A stretch of DNA of 31,067 nucleotides from a virus (Duplodnaviria > Caudoviricetes): positions 1 through 31,067 of IMG/VR virus record IMGVR_UViG_3300011118_000023, one strand, 5' to 3'. Positions 8,407-18,500 of this stretch are shown here, in pieces. Numbering within the stretch: position 1 is the stretch's first letter; the number at the start of each line of letters is the position of its first letter. The notes below the pieces were generated by a model. The model worked only from the letters and a program-made list of their open reading frames with translations. It had not been told where the DNA came from and searched no databases. Position numbers and translations under genes: made by a program.

Positions 8407-9129
8407 TCAGCCCTTTGGCTTTCCATAATAGCTTAGGAAATCGACGTGATTCACGCCGCCACCACTGCAAATGATGTGCAGGGCGGCCTTGACGCTGTAG
8501 CCCAGGGTTCGCACCTTGTTGGTGAACATGCCTATTGATGCGCCCTCGCGGTCATGGAAGGCGAGTTGCCCCATTTTTTTCAAGACCTCGCGGCTCGTCA
8601 CAAACAAGCCACCGTTGAAAACGTCTACATTGATGATGGAGTCATTGGTTTGTGGCATGAGAAGCGGCTCGCCTCGCTCCGCTTCATCTTGGTACTTGAC
8701 TACGTGGCGACCCACTACATTCATCATCGGCGTGTAACGATGAAAGGTATAGTCATCTACACGTTCCTCGCCTGCATCTTGGAACAAGCTTGGTGTCGCC
8801 CTGGGCTGCCAGAATGTCAGGGCGGCCATGACGCCACATTTCTCCTGTGACTCGAAAGCTTTGATGAGGTACTCCAGCCCGTAGTCGGGTGGCGTTACGT
8901 CGATGTCCAGGATGATCAAGTAGTCATGCGTCGTCTTGTCCAAGAAGTAGCGGGCTGCCTTCTGGTAGCCTTCTGTCTGGGTCTCCGCCATGAGTGGCGT
9001 GACGCCGACATTGTTGCCAGCCAAGATGCGGATGGCCGACATAAACCCCCAGTAAGACATTAGGGGCTGTAAGGTGTATCGGCCCTGGAAGATCAAGCCA
9101 ACTGTCGTGTTTTCGGGAAAACTACTCAT
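8407..9129 (-). CDS. Glycosyltransferase family 2-like (GT-A fold), divergent
   Basis: DYLIILDID DxD motif and VDVFNGGLFVTSREVLKKM segment. Confidence 0.7.
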   Translation of the reverse strand: MSSFPENTTVGLIFQGRYTLQPLMSYWGFMSAIRILAGNNVGVTPLMAETQTEGYQKAARYFLDKTTHDYLIILDIDVTPPDYGLEYLIKAFESQEKCGVMAALTFWQPRATPSLFQDAGEERVDDYTFHRYTPMMNVVGRHVVKYQDEAERGEPLLMPQTNDSIINVDVFNGGLFVTSREVLKKMGQLAFHDREGASIGMFTNKVRTLGYSVKAALHIICSGGGVNHVDFLSYYGKPKG

Positions 9130-10093
9130 AGCCCAGTGCCCTTAGGTTTTCCTTGATTTGTCGCTTTTCATCCTCGGTGTACTCGAACTTCGTCACCGGC
9201 CAGCCGTCGAATTCTAGACTGGGGAAAAGATTCCAGATGTCCAGCATGGTGGGCAGGAAGCAGCGATTTGGAAATGCCTCCAGTTCGCCATCATGCTGGA
9301 CGTGAGGCCCTTTGAAAAAGCCTACACCCTCTTTGGTGTGATAGGCCCAGTCCTCACGGGCGACGGGTCGAAATGTGTCTTTGTTAGTCACGCCCTTGTG
9401 CCAGGGTGTGTATAGCGTGTCGCTGTACTCCTCGGAATTCCAGCCATGATCGGAGAAGATCGCCAACACGGTAGGTTGGAGGACTTCAACCAGGGCGGCA
9501 ACCTCGCGGTCTAGCACAGGGTAGATTTCCTCCAGAATGAACTTGCGCCCTTTGCGCCAAGCGTTTTCAAAGCCGTGCCCAAATTCGTCGGGTAGAGTAC
9601 TACCAATGATACTGCAGAACGGATCATACTTTACAGTCAGCCGCGCACCTTCGCGGAAGGCCCAATGGTGGCGGTCCCAACTGTTCTCTTGGCCTTTCGC
9701 TGTGGGCGGGGGGTCCCCACTCAGGATGTTGGGCGGAAACGTGTCGGGAATCTTGGTGGGGTAGCCGCTCACCATGTACCCTTTGACCGGCTCTAGCGGG
9801 AATGTCATGGTTACATTGAAAACGCCACAGGTGAGATTGTAACTGTTCAAAATGCGCCACATGTTGGCACACTTGGCTCGGGTGATAGGGGCATGAAAAT
9901 TGGTGACGTGGTGCTTTGTTTCCTCTAAGCCGGTGAAGATGGTAGCCCACGACTGGGGTGAGAGTGCAATGTCGGGCACCATCATACCCCAAGCGGCAGT
10001 CTCGGTCAGTTCCTTGAAAAACGGCATGGTGGGCAGTGTGGCCTTGAGGAGATTGTAGTCAAGGCCGTCGAGGCCGAGTATAAGGGTGTGCAT
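9122..10093 (-). CDS. Alkaline phosphatase superfamily (type I phosphodiesterase / nucleotide pyrophosphatase-like) enzyme
   Basis: ILGLDG, SPQSWATIFTG nucleophile region, PDEFGH, SDHG, a late His, and C-terminal LRALGY. Confidence 0.88.
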   Translation of the reverse strand: MHTLILGLDGLDYNLLKATLPTMPFFKELTETAAWGMMVPDIALSPQSWATIFTGLEETKHHVTNFHAPITRAKCANMWRILNSYNLTCGVFNVTMTFPLEPVKGYMVSGYPTKIPDTFPPNILSGDPPPTAKGQENSWDRHHWAFREGARLTVKYDPFCSIIGSTLPDEFGHGFENAWRKGRKFILEEIYPVLDREVAALVEVLQPTVLAIFSDHGWNSEEYSDTLYTPWHKGVTNKDTFRPVAREDWAYHTKEGVGFFKGPHVQHDGELEAFPNRCFLPTMLDIWNLFPSLEFDGWPVTKFEYTEDEKRQIKENLRALGYE

Positions 10094-10105
10094 GTCCTAT
10101 CCTTC

Positions 10106-10885
10106 CTATATGCGTGGTCTTACACCTCGCTGAGCTTGTTGCTGTGGTTTAGTGCTAGGGCGATATGGATATGGTTGCTGTCGCCGCAGTTGTTCTCTCC
10201 ACCACACTGGAGCCCATTCTTCCAAAACTTCTGGGCTGATCCACGCTGGTGGCTGGATGTATTGTTCAAATTGACGCAAGGGTGTGTCATAAGGTCTTGC
10301 GTGCCAAGCTAGGCCGTACCAAAAGCGTGCTCTGTCCCAATTGATGGCAGCCTCTTGTTCTGGTGTCATGGGTTGTTGGCCTAGCCATTGTCTGCGTTGT
10401 GGATACCATGCTTCTATCTCGCGCAGGTATGGCTCAATATCCTGCCAGTACAAGGGGTCTGGCGGCGGTTGTGGCGCGTATGGTGGCCCACCCCATCCAG
10501 GTGTTATTTGTGGTGCTGGTTGTGGAGTGAGTACTGGTTGATCCCAGAAGGTCTCCGGGACCAGGCTTCCATCCTCTGCCCTCCGGTAGCCGGGTGGTAT
10601 TGTTGGCGGCGGGGGTGCTGGTCTTGGTATCGGCGTTTGTGCTGGTGGAGGCCCTGGTGTTGCTCTGGGTGCTGGTCCTGGTGCAGGCAGTGGCCGAGGC
10701 ATTCCTTTTTGTATGTAGGGTAGATATGGTGCTGGTGACGCCGCAGGTGCAGGAGTTGGCCTTTGTGCGGCTTGTTGCCTCGCCAGTATGGCTCTCCTCG
10801 TCCGTCTGCCTCGGATGTATGCGCCAGCGCGTTTTGCTTCCTCCAGTGAGGTGGCCTGTTGTATCAATTCGGTGAAAGTAGCCAT
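10106..10885 (-). CDS. Pro/Gln/Trp-rich protein (259 aa), putative internal virion protein
   Basis: ATG 10885 lies 4 nt after the previous stop. N-terminus MATFTELIQQ matches the start of the 2000-aa protein. Confidence 0.65.
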   Translation of the reverse strand: MATFTELIQQATSLEEAKRAGAYIRGRRTRRAILARQQAAQRPTPAPAASPAPYLPYIQKGMPRPLPAPGPAPRATPGPPPAQTPIPRPAPPPPTIPPGYRRAEDGSLVPETFWDQPVLTPQPAPQITPGWGGPPYAPQPPPDPLYWQDIEPYLREIEAWYPQRRQWLGQQPMTPEQEAAINWDRARFWYGLAWHARPYDTPLRQFEQYIQPPAWISPEVLEEWAPVWWREQLRRQQPYPYRPSTKPQQQAQRGVRPRI

Positions 10886-10889
10886 AATT

Positions 10890-11174
10890 CTATACAGTCG
10901 CAAAGTGGGGATTGAGATCGCGATCAATGGCGCGTGGCCGCTTCCCCTCTTTTTCCTCTTGGCGTAGTTTGTACCTTACATCTTTGATGAGCGTGGTCGT
11001 CTGGAACTTCACGCCATCCAAGTCGAAGGCACGGCTCAACGGCGCGTCACAACAGGGCGATGTGGGTGGAATGTCTTTGAGTGTCCGCTTGTACTGATGC
11101 AATTTCTTGCATCTAGCACAATGGTAGGTTCTGACGGGATAGCAGCCAGTTTGCTTCGCATCGTGGTTGGTCAT
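10890..11174 (-). CDS. FmdB-like zinc-ribbon protein
   Basis: PVRTYHCARC...SPCCDAPLSRAF pattern. ATGA coupling with the upstream gene. Confidence 0.6.
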   Translation of the reverse strand: MTNHDAKQTGCYPVRTYHCARCKKLHQYKRTLKDIPPTSPCCDAPLSRAFDLDGVKFQTTTLIKDVRYKLRQEEKEGKRPRAIDRDLNPHFATV

Positions 11175-11482
11175 TCCGTGTACTCAAACTTCTCACAGAG
11201 GGTCAGGTGGGCCTCTCTGATCTTTCCATCTTTGTTGAGTTTCTCTAGCAAGTCATAGATGATGCTTGCTGCCTTGACGCCGACCTCGACTTCCTTTGGC
11301 TCAACGGTGTCTTGCCATGTCAGCCGGTCATCGTTCTGCTGAAAGTTCAGGGCAGTTAGTTCCTCGTCGCTGAAGGCTAGAGCTTGGCGCAGGTCATGTA
11401 CGATTTTCATGGTGAGCAAGCTGCCCTCGGGTGGCAGTAGGTTGAGTGTAGCAAGCCGTTCTCCAACTGTGAATTCCATCAT
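11171..11482 (-). CDS. Hypothetical helical phage protein (103 aa)
   Basis: AAGGAAGG SD, clean ORF (FTVGERL...LPPEG...FSDEE), in operon context. Confidence 0.8.
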   Translation of the reverse strand: MMEFTVGERLATLNLLPPEGSLLTMKIVHDLRQALAFSDEELTALNFQQNDDRLTWQDTVEPKEVEVGVKAASIIYDLLEKLNKDGKIREAHLTLCEKFEYTE

Positions 11483-11504
11483 TTGTTCAGTCCTTCCTTG
11501 TGTG

Positions 11505-11530
11505 GGGGGATGGGCCGAAGCCCATCCCCC
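11505..11530 (-). other. GC-rich 11-bp hairpin with cUUCGg tetraloop (mRNA stabiliser or atypical terminator)
   Basis: Minus strand GGGGGATGGGC TTCG GCCCATCCCCC, intergenic, no U-tract. Confidence 0.75.
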
Positions 11531-11535
11531 TCCAC

Positions 11536-11727
11536 TTATGCATCTACTTCTTGGATGTCGATGACGATACTCACCGACCAGCTTTTACCGGCTGGAACGC
11601 TCACATCGAGAACGTCAATCGCGTCCGGTGACCAGTATCGGATCCTGACTTTCTTGCCGGCCTCGACGGTGAACGTCTCAGTTCCGTATTTTTGTGTATG
11701 CATCTGTTGGCGCGTCACGAGTTCCAT
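11536..11727 (-). CDS. Small beta-rich protein (63 aa, MELVTRQQ...)
   Basis: ATG 11727 lies 1 nt after the stop of the 642-aa gene. Confidence 0.65.
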   Translation of the reverse strand: MELVTRQQMHTQKYGTETFTVEAGKKVRIRYWSPDAIDVLDVSVPAGKSWSVSIVIDIQEVDA

Positions 11728-11728
11728 C

Positions 11729-13657
11729 TCAATAATCCGCGTACACGGCGATGTAGCCCGCTGTCTCACCCATCATGACTTTGAGCTTGTGCGTGGAATT
11801 TGCGCCAGGCTCGCCCGCGTCAACTGAAGCGAATCCATTGACCTGTGCAACCCTGAGTAGGTTCGTGGCGCACGCCCCGTGAAATTGAAAGGCGTTTGTA
11901 GTTGCACCGTCTCCCTGATTGACCATGTGGATGAAACAGTCTGCATAACTGGCTGCCGTGCTGTTGGTTTTATCGAGTTGCAGACATGCCATGACAGCGG
12001 TTTGACCCATCTCCTGGAGGTCAAAGTAGCCCCCCACGACTTGTGCACTCGTCAGCGTCGGTGCGCCACTGTCATCTATGTAGACATAGACGCCATTAAT
12101 CCCACCGGTGAACGTGCCAGATTGAGTGTAATCAACGCCGATGCCGTTCATCTGTGAGGCACTGGCCGCACCGGTCTTGTTGCCGCTGTTGGTGAGCCCG
12201 ATGTGCAGCGCGTGGGCGTATCCACTAGACTGTGTACAGGCATCGTCAACGACGATATCTAGGTTGTTGATCGCCGCTACGCCCGTTGGAGTGGTGGTGA
12301 AATAGCCTGCACGCGCAGCATCTTCAACATAAATACCGTAATCCCAATCACCCGTCCCTGCAATGTCACTCGCCGTTGCCATATATGCAACGGTGTACTC
12401 GCCTGTGGGATCACTGGCATCGCTTGTGTTGTAGAAACTCAGCACGCCGCAGGCGTAGGTGCCCGATCCGATGGTGAAGCCTGAAGCAAGGCCCAAGCGT
12501 CCCATCACGCCGGTAACGAAGGTGTTGCCCGATCCGGTTGCAGTAGAGCATGTGCCTGTAGATTCAAAGGCCCCCACGACGCCCGCCGCCACGTTGGCGG
12601 TACGGGCCAGGGCACTGATTTTGCACTTGCCCTGGATGCCCCAGGTTTCGCTCTTGGGCGAATTGTAGTTTAGGAATCTGCTGTCAATGCCACGTGCCGT
12701 CGTAGCACTTCCCAAGGGTAATTCATTGTCGTCAACGTGGATTTGGATACCAACGTTGTAGGTGCTGTCGAGAACCAAGCCCGACCCAGGTGTGTCGGAG
12801 CTTAGTTCCCCGATGCGGATGGCTTGATACACTGAATCGGGGTCAATCCATAGCCCGTAGGGGAGCCGAGCCTTGCCCGATCCCATGCGTACTGCGTAGC
12901 CCGCGACCGTCGCGCCAGTGCTGGTATAACCAGAGGTCATTTGGTTGTCTGCCACGAAGCATGCCAGCAGCCCACCAGAACTTACCGTCAGTCCGTCGGG
13001 GCTGATGATCGTGCCAGTGATGGCAGAGTGCCAAGCTACCCCGCCAGGGAGTGTCAGTGTCCCTCCTGCGTCGGCCATCTCCAGGTTGCCCCAGATTGCC
13101 GCATGGTTGCTTATGAGGGAAACGTCACCCGTGAGGTATAACTCGCTCCATGTACCGAACACTGAGACGTTGTTAGTCTGCGATGCCGTCACGGTGTTTG
13201 TGAAGTAGGCTCCGGCATACGCGCCACTGGCTACCGCGCCGTCTATGTAGGCGTGCGCCTGTAGCAGTTGGTCGGGGTCAGTGCCGTCTAACTCAACGCC
13301 ATTGGTCGCGCCTGCACCTGTGCCGATCCTGACTTTTGCCTTGATCAGGTCAAGTCGGTCCTTGTCTTCATCCCACAGCATGTAGCTGCCCGATGTAGCG
13401 CCGAAGAACTTGGCGTCATGGCCAGTGTCATCTACTCCTACGTCCAACTGGCCGTACAGAATGAGCTTGTCTGCACTCTCGTCCCACATCATGTACTTGC
13501 CAGAGGTCGCGCCGAAGAGTTTCAGATCGCATCCGTGGTCGTCTTGGCCATAGATGATCTCGGTGGCAATCGGCGTTCCACCATCAGCCCCAGTGAGTCG
13601 GGCCTGTGTTGGGTCAAAGTCGCTGGCACTAGTTACGCTACTCGTTTGCTGTCCCAT
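11729..13657 (-). CDS. Gly/Ala/Thr-rich fibre or capsid decoration protein (642 aa)
   Basis: Directly after the capsid gene with a GAGGAGG SD. Beta-helix-like G/A/V repeats and an N-terminal tandem fibre module. Confidence 0.65.
   Translation of the reverse strand: MGQQTSSVTSASDFDPTQARLTGADGGTPIATEIIYGQDDHGCDLKLFGATSGKYMMWDESADKLILYGQLDVGVDDTGHDAKFFGATSGSYMLWDEDKDRLDLIKAKVRIGTGAGATNGVELDGTDPDQLLQAHAYIDGAVASGAYAGAYFTNTVTASQTNNVSVFGTWSELYLTGDVSLISNHAAIWGNLEMADAGGTLTLPGGVAWHSAITGTIISPDGLTVSSGGLLACFVADNQMTSGYTSTGATVAGYAVRMGSGKARLPYGLWIDPDSVYQAIRIGELSSDTPGSGLVLDSTYNVGIQIHVDDNELPLGSATTARGIDSRFLNYNSPKSETWGIQGKCKISALARTANVAAGVVGAFESTGTCSTATGSGNTFVTGVMGRLGLASGFTIGSGTYACGVLSFYNTSDASDPTGEYTVAYMATASDIAGTGDWDYGIYVEDAARAGYFTTTPTGVAAINNLDIVVDDACTQSSGYAHALHIGLTNSGNKTGAASASQMNGIGVDYTQSGTFTGGINGVYVYIDDSGAPTLTSAQVVGGYFDLQEMGQTAVMACLQLDKTNSTAASYADCFIHMVNQGDGATTNAFQFHGACATNLLRVAQVNGFASVDAGEPGANSTHKLKVMMGETAGYIAVYADY
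13352..13549 (-). repeat. Two tandem 37-aa-period modules in the fibre protein
   Basis: GQDDHGCDLKLFGATSGKYMMWDESADKL and GVDDTGHDAKFFGATSGSYMLWDEDKDRL. Confidence 0.85.
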
Positions 13658-13671
13658 TTAAGCCCTCCTCT

Positions 13672-14844
13672 CTAGGTGGTGGTGCTGATGCCGTAGATTT
13701 CGCCGTGAGTTTTGGGGCACTTGATCATCTGGGTGTACTCGCCCCAGACTTGCCATTCGGTGGCTCCTGCTGACGTGATTGCAAGCGGTACAGTGCGGAA
13801 TTGCTCGCCTTCCAATGGGCCAATGGCGCAGAAGGGAGTATGCAAGAAAAACGTCCTGGCCGCTGGACAGTTGTGGTCCAGCAGCAAGTCAACCTCGCCA
13901 TAGTCGGTCATGAAGCTTGTATACACTGCCCCACCTGTGGCGTCGGTGCGGTCGGTGCGCACATAGGTCTCGAACATATCATTGACCTTGCGTTTCACCC
14001 AGGCGTTGCACATCATGATGTCTGGCATATATTCTACTCCGACCAGGCCAAAGATTTCCTGGAGCAAATCCAGGATCATCTTGCGGGTCAGAGCCGCGCT
14101 TGCGGCGTTGTTGCGATTTCCGCTGTAGATGTATGCCGCCGTGGTATCCATCAAGCCACCGGATGAACCACTGGTCGCGGCGATGGCGGCAGTCGTGGAA
14201 CGTGTTACCCGCGTGCCGTAGATGAAATTGCGTTCCATCAACGCCATCAAGACTTTGATAGCCTTGCTTTCCAGATAGTCCAGCCTGTTGACATTTCCGT
14301 AACGGAGAATTGCCATCTCTGTACTGGTCATCTTGAATTGCTGCTGCCAAATCTGGGTGTTGTTATATGGGATGGTCGGCACGCCATAGGTGTCTGTAGT
14401 GGCGTCGCCACCCTCATTGTGAAGGCGGCCTACGATCCTCAAGGTTGTACCAGCAGTGTGCGATGCGCCGGTCGTGTAGCCGTAGCCACGGGCGACCACG
14501 ATGGTATCACTGGCCGTGCCTTTTGTGGTGACAAGCATCAACTCATCTTCGGCCTGCAAGATGTGGCCGGCCAGGAAATACTCACCCTCGCCACTGGCGA
14601 CACTCCAAGAGGTGTCGCCGGCGGTGATGGTCGGCTGAATCGTGCTTTCGGTGATTTCTAACTCATCTTCTACCCACTCGTATTTGGTGCTCTTGCATGG
14701 TGTGGGCAGGTTGTTCAGGGTGGGCGAGATCGCCCGCAGCAGGGGCGTTGCGGCCTGGTTGACGATGATGATGTCCTCATCAACCGTGCGTGCTGTGGTG
14801 GTGGTATCGCCCAGTGTCGTTTTTGGAAAATTCACTCCTGCCAT
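13672..14844 (-). CDS. Major capsid protein (HK97 fold, DUF5309/SU10-like)
   Basis: TPLL...KYEWVEDEL...EGGDA...NNTQIW...MERNFIYG...GGL...TDYG...GEYT pattern. AAGGAGG SD. Follows the scaffold gene. Confidence 0.88.
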   Translation of the reverse strand: MAGVNFPKTTLGDTTTTARTVDEDIIIVNQAATPLLRAISPTLNNLPTPCKSTKYEWVEDELEITESTIQPTITAGDTSWSVASGEGEYFLAGHILQAEDELMLVTTKGTASDTIVVARGYGYTTGASHTAGTTLRIVGRLHNEGGDATTDTYGVPTIPYNNTQIWQQQFKMTSTEMAILRYGNVNRLDYLESKAIKVLMALMERNFIYGTRVTRSTTAAIAATSGSSGGLMDTTAAYIYSGNRNNAASAALTRKMILDLLQEIFGLVGVEYMPDIMMCNAWVKRKVNDMFETYVRTDRTDATGGAVYTSFMTDYGEVDLLLDHNCPAARTFFLHTPFCAIGPLEGEQFRTVPLAITSAGATEWQVWGEYTQMIKCPKTHGEIYGISTTT

Positions 14845-14856
14845 GAAACGGCCTCC

Positions 14857-15573
14857 TTAGATTTTAAGGCCCAATCCTCTGTACTTGATCTTGAGGTCGA
14901 GAAGTCTCTGTGTCCAGTCCCCGCGTTCACCTCGTAGTGCAGCGTTCTTGAACACTTGCGCTTCTTCCCTGTACTGGGCCTCTAGGTCTTGAGAACCTTC
15001 CGTAGGCTCCGCCGGAGTGCCGATCCGGTCTGCACCGTTTTCGGTGCGTTCTTGCCGTTGGACTTTTTGCGCTGTCACTGCTGCCTCTTTCTCTCGCTGT
15101 GCTGCTTCGCGCTCGGCGGCCTCGACCTTCCTCCGCCAGAAGTCGGTGACGACTCTCTGGGCGTCTTCGGGTGTGGCCGCAGGATTGGCGCGCACAGCTT
15201 CAAATTCGTCGATAGGCACGCCACCTTCGCGGGACATGCGAAAGATGTCCTCGTACTTGCGTGCCATTCCCGCTTGTTGCTGCAAGTCAGCCTGTTGGCG
15301 CTGCCCACGTTGGCTGGCGATGAACTGCTGTGCATCTTGCGGGTCCATCGTCTGGCGGGCCAGTGATTCCATTGAGGCTTCAATTGCTGCGAGCCGTTGG
15401 CGTGATGTCTCAGCCTCGCGCTTGGCGGCGGCGACTTCGCGGTCTTTGACAGCCTGAAGGCGTCGCAAGTCCTCCACGGGTACCAGTTTTGGTTCCGGCG
15501 GGGCCTCGCCTTCGGGCGTCGTTGTGGGTTCCTCCACTGGTGGTGAAGTTCCCGTATCTAACTCGTTGGGCAT
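14857..15573 (-). CDS. Capsid scaffolding protein
   Basis: Acidic/Pro-rich N-terminus, LQAVKDRE coiled coil, Q/A/E-rich helices. Immediately upstream of the capsid gene. AGGAG SD. Confidence 0.75.
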   Translation of the reverse strand: MPNELDTGTSPPVEEPTTTPEGEAPPEPKLVPVEDLRRLQAVKDREVAAAKREAETSRQRLAAIEASMESLARQTMDPQDAQQFIASQRGQRQQADLQQQAGMARKYEDIFRMSREGGVPIDEFEAVRANPAATPEDAQRVVTDFWRRKVEAAEREAAQREKEAAVTAQKVQRQERTENGADRIGTPAEPTEGSQDLEAQYREEAQVFKNAALRGERGDWTQRLLDLKIKYRGLGLKI

Positions 15574-15594
15574 GATAGGCTCCTCTATTTAGTT

Positions 15595-18500
15595 TTAGCC
15601 CCAGGGGGTGAAGCGTCGGCCTGCGCCGGCACCGGAAGTCCAACTCAATGGTCTGGGTTGTTCTCTCAGGCCAGTGACGCCGCCGAGTCCTCCCCTGGAG
15701 AAGAGCGAAGCCCTCCACAGTGTCCTCACAAACCCTAGCCATGAGGCAAGGTCTGTAAAGCCTAGTGGGTACTCCGCATATATTTCCTCTAAGCGAGCTT
15801 TAATAGGCTCACCTAGTGGCAATCCTGTGTTAAAGTGTTGAATGAGGCCAAACGATGTTTGGCCTAGGTACTCTTTGACGAATTGCCAAGAGAGCGTTTC
15901 GGGCCATTCGACGGATGGGGCAGCAGGGGGTGCCTCTGCGGGTGGCGTGACAGGCGGTGCGCCTGCTGGTGCTGGTGTTGCACCCGCCGCTGCTCCTTCA
16001 TATGATACCACAGATGGAGCTTCCCCGTCAAGTGCCTCTTCTGCCGCCCCTGTGGTCTCTGGGAATGCGCCCGCCAGCGTGCCTTCCTGTGCGCCGATGG
16101 GGTAACGGGGGAAAGTCACCTCTGGCTCCCACGGCATTTCCAGGTAGAAGGGTTGCTCTGGGGGCAATCTGACGAAGAGGTCTTTGTAGAATTGGTAGAG
16201 GTAGTAGGGTAGTAGCCTGACATCTCCCATGCAACCACTTGCTAGGCCAGCAAACATTTCATGATCGTTCCAATAAGTGCCGTTGGCGAAGGCGAGGTCG
16301 TATCCTTTGGCTTTCTCCTTGCTTATTTTCATACCTTCGTGAAAAGAGGGATCATTGGGATCGCCGTTAACATAAGTCCAAGCGAGATTATGTACCCTCA
16401 TTTCTCCCTCTGACCGAGGCTCTATCACCTCTCCTGCAAAGCGTATGACTGCTTTGACAAAGGCTTCTTTCCTCTTACCACGCCTGGGTTCCCACCACGC
16501 ATGAGTCAGTTCATGGATTGCAGTTTCAGCTTTTGTGTTTCCCAACTGCACCCAGAAATCTGTTGGCCCTGGGTAAAATCCGCCTTCGATCTCAGGGCCG
16601 AACTTAACTTCGATCTCTTCCTCGAAGTAGTCTATGGCTTGCTCAGTGAATGGCCCCATTAGAAAGAGCTTTCTTAGGAATTCTTCTCCTTCTGGTTGGG
16701 CTATCATTCCCTGAAGAATTTGTTTACCCATGCCAGCGAAAAGAGATGGTCCCCTGAGCATCTCGTGAGCTTTGAGTTTGGCTCCTACCACATCCAGGAT
16801 GCGCTGCACGAGAACGCTCTCTAGCTCGGCATCTGGTCGGATGACAGGGCCAAGGGGTGGTTTCATCTCGCTGGCGAACTCTTCAATGACGACGGCGATC
16901 TCCTCACGCATGTTGTCCTTGAAGTCCCACAGGTCAGGAAGCCAGGGATATTGCTTGATGTACTCGCGGCGATAGTCCCTCTGCTCTCGCCACTCGTCCT
17001 TGTCGAATTCCTTGAAGTAGCCCGCTTGGGCTTCCTCATAATTAGGCCACCGACGCAGCACCTCTTCTTCCAGCAAATTTTCCCCGACGCGCTCTAGGGT
17101 ATCAAGGCTTCCCCAGTAGGACAACAAGATTGGACTCTCCGTGATGGCAAGGTTGCGGGCGTCCCAGAAGTCATACAATCGTGGGTTGCCGTCTGCGAAC
17201 GCTTTGGCGGCGTCGTTGCCCGCCACGTCGCGGGTTTTCCAATAGCTGTCGTTGAGGTTCCAAATGTCGTCGCCGTAGACACGGCGCAGAGCAGCTTTGA
17301 CCTCACCGTAGATTTTGATGGCTCTGTCCCATTCCTGCTGCTGTTCTTTGTCTGGGACACCGAGAATGGCACCCATCGCTTCGATGCTTGCCATGAACGC
17401 TGCCCTGTCCATGTCCTCCCAGGTCGAGAAGTCTCCCCTTGTCTCATAGAACAGGTCAATGATTGGGTCGTCTACGCCAGCGGCGGTCTTGATGGCTGCC
17501 CCGTTGCTACCTGGCGGCAGGCGATTTAGTACTTCCCAAGTGTAGGCTTTGTCGCGCTCTAGTTCGCCACGGCGAACCAGCATTATGTAAGATAGAAACG
17601 GATAATAGCGATAGAGTGCTTTCTGCGCTTCCTTGTATGCCGCTTGGCCCTCGTCGGTGCTCATGTCGTAGGCGGTCTCGGCATGTTGATAAAATTCATA
17701 CTGGGCGTTTCTTGCTTTCTGTATTTGGATGTCATAAGCCTTGCGTGGCTTGAAGCCAATACCGACGAACCAACTGAGGAAGAGTCCTGGGGCACGCTCC
17801 TTGGTCATCCGTGCCACGGCTTCATTCCAAATATCGCCGCTTTGCATCTTGCCGGCATCCCAAAGCTGCTCGACAGTAGCCGCGCCCTCGTTCTCCATTT
17901 GCTTGAATATGCGCCCAACCTGAAACCGCTCGTATTGGTCGAGTCCAGCGAAAGAGAGAGGATCATCCCACAGCCACGGTTCGAGCGTGATGCCACGGCC
18001 TTCACCGAGGCCCAGTAGGGCAGTGGCATAGCGGAAGGCTTTGGTTGGTGTGCCCAGGTAGCCCATAGCCGCCCGCGCTTCCTCTGGCTCTCCTGCTTTG
18101 AATCGCCAATAGGCATAGAGTGCCCAGAGTGCGACGTCCAGCGATGGCCCAACATTACCGATCCGTTCTAGCCATTGACCTGGGATTGTTTTTGTCCTCA
18201 TTGGATCGTGAAATTCGGTGATCATGTTGTAGAGCGGGTTCAGACTGGCTTCCAGGTTGAAATAGAAGTCTGTCCCCGGCACCTTGATTTGGCCTTCCCA
18301 CCAGGGAAGACCCTGTGCCTCCTCATTGATCTGGCGCATGGCTTCCTTGAAGTCCAGGTAGCCCTCAAGGTACTTGGGATTGTAGAGCAACAATCGGGGG
18401 ACATTCATGGCGGTATTTCTGTACCAAGTAGGGTAGGGAAACAGATAGCTCAGAGCAGCGTCGATGTGTAAGTCCTCACCATAGTTGTACAAGATGTAAT

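Noticed and set aside
13658-13674. Stop readthrough fusing capsid and fibre
   Set aside because: The 14-nt gap puts the genes out of frame, an additional TAA is present, and the fibre gene has its own strong SD.
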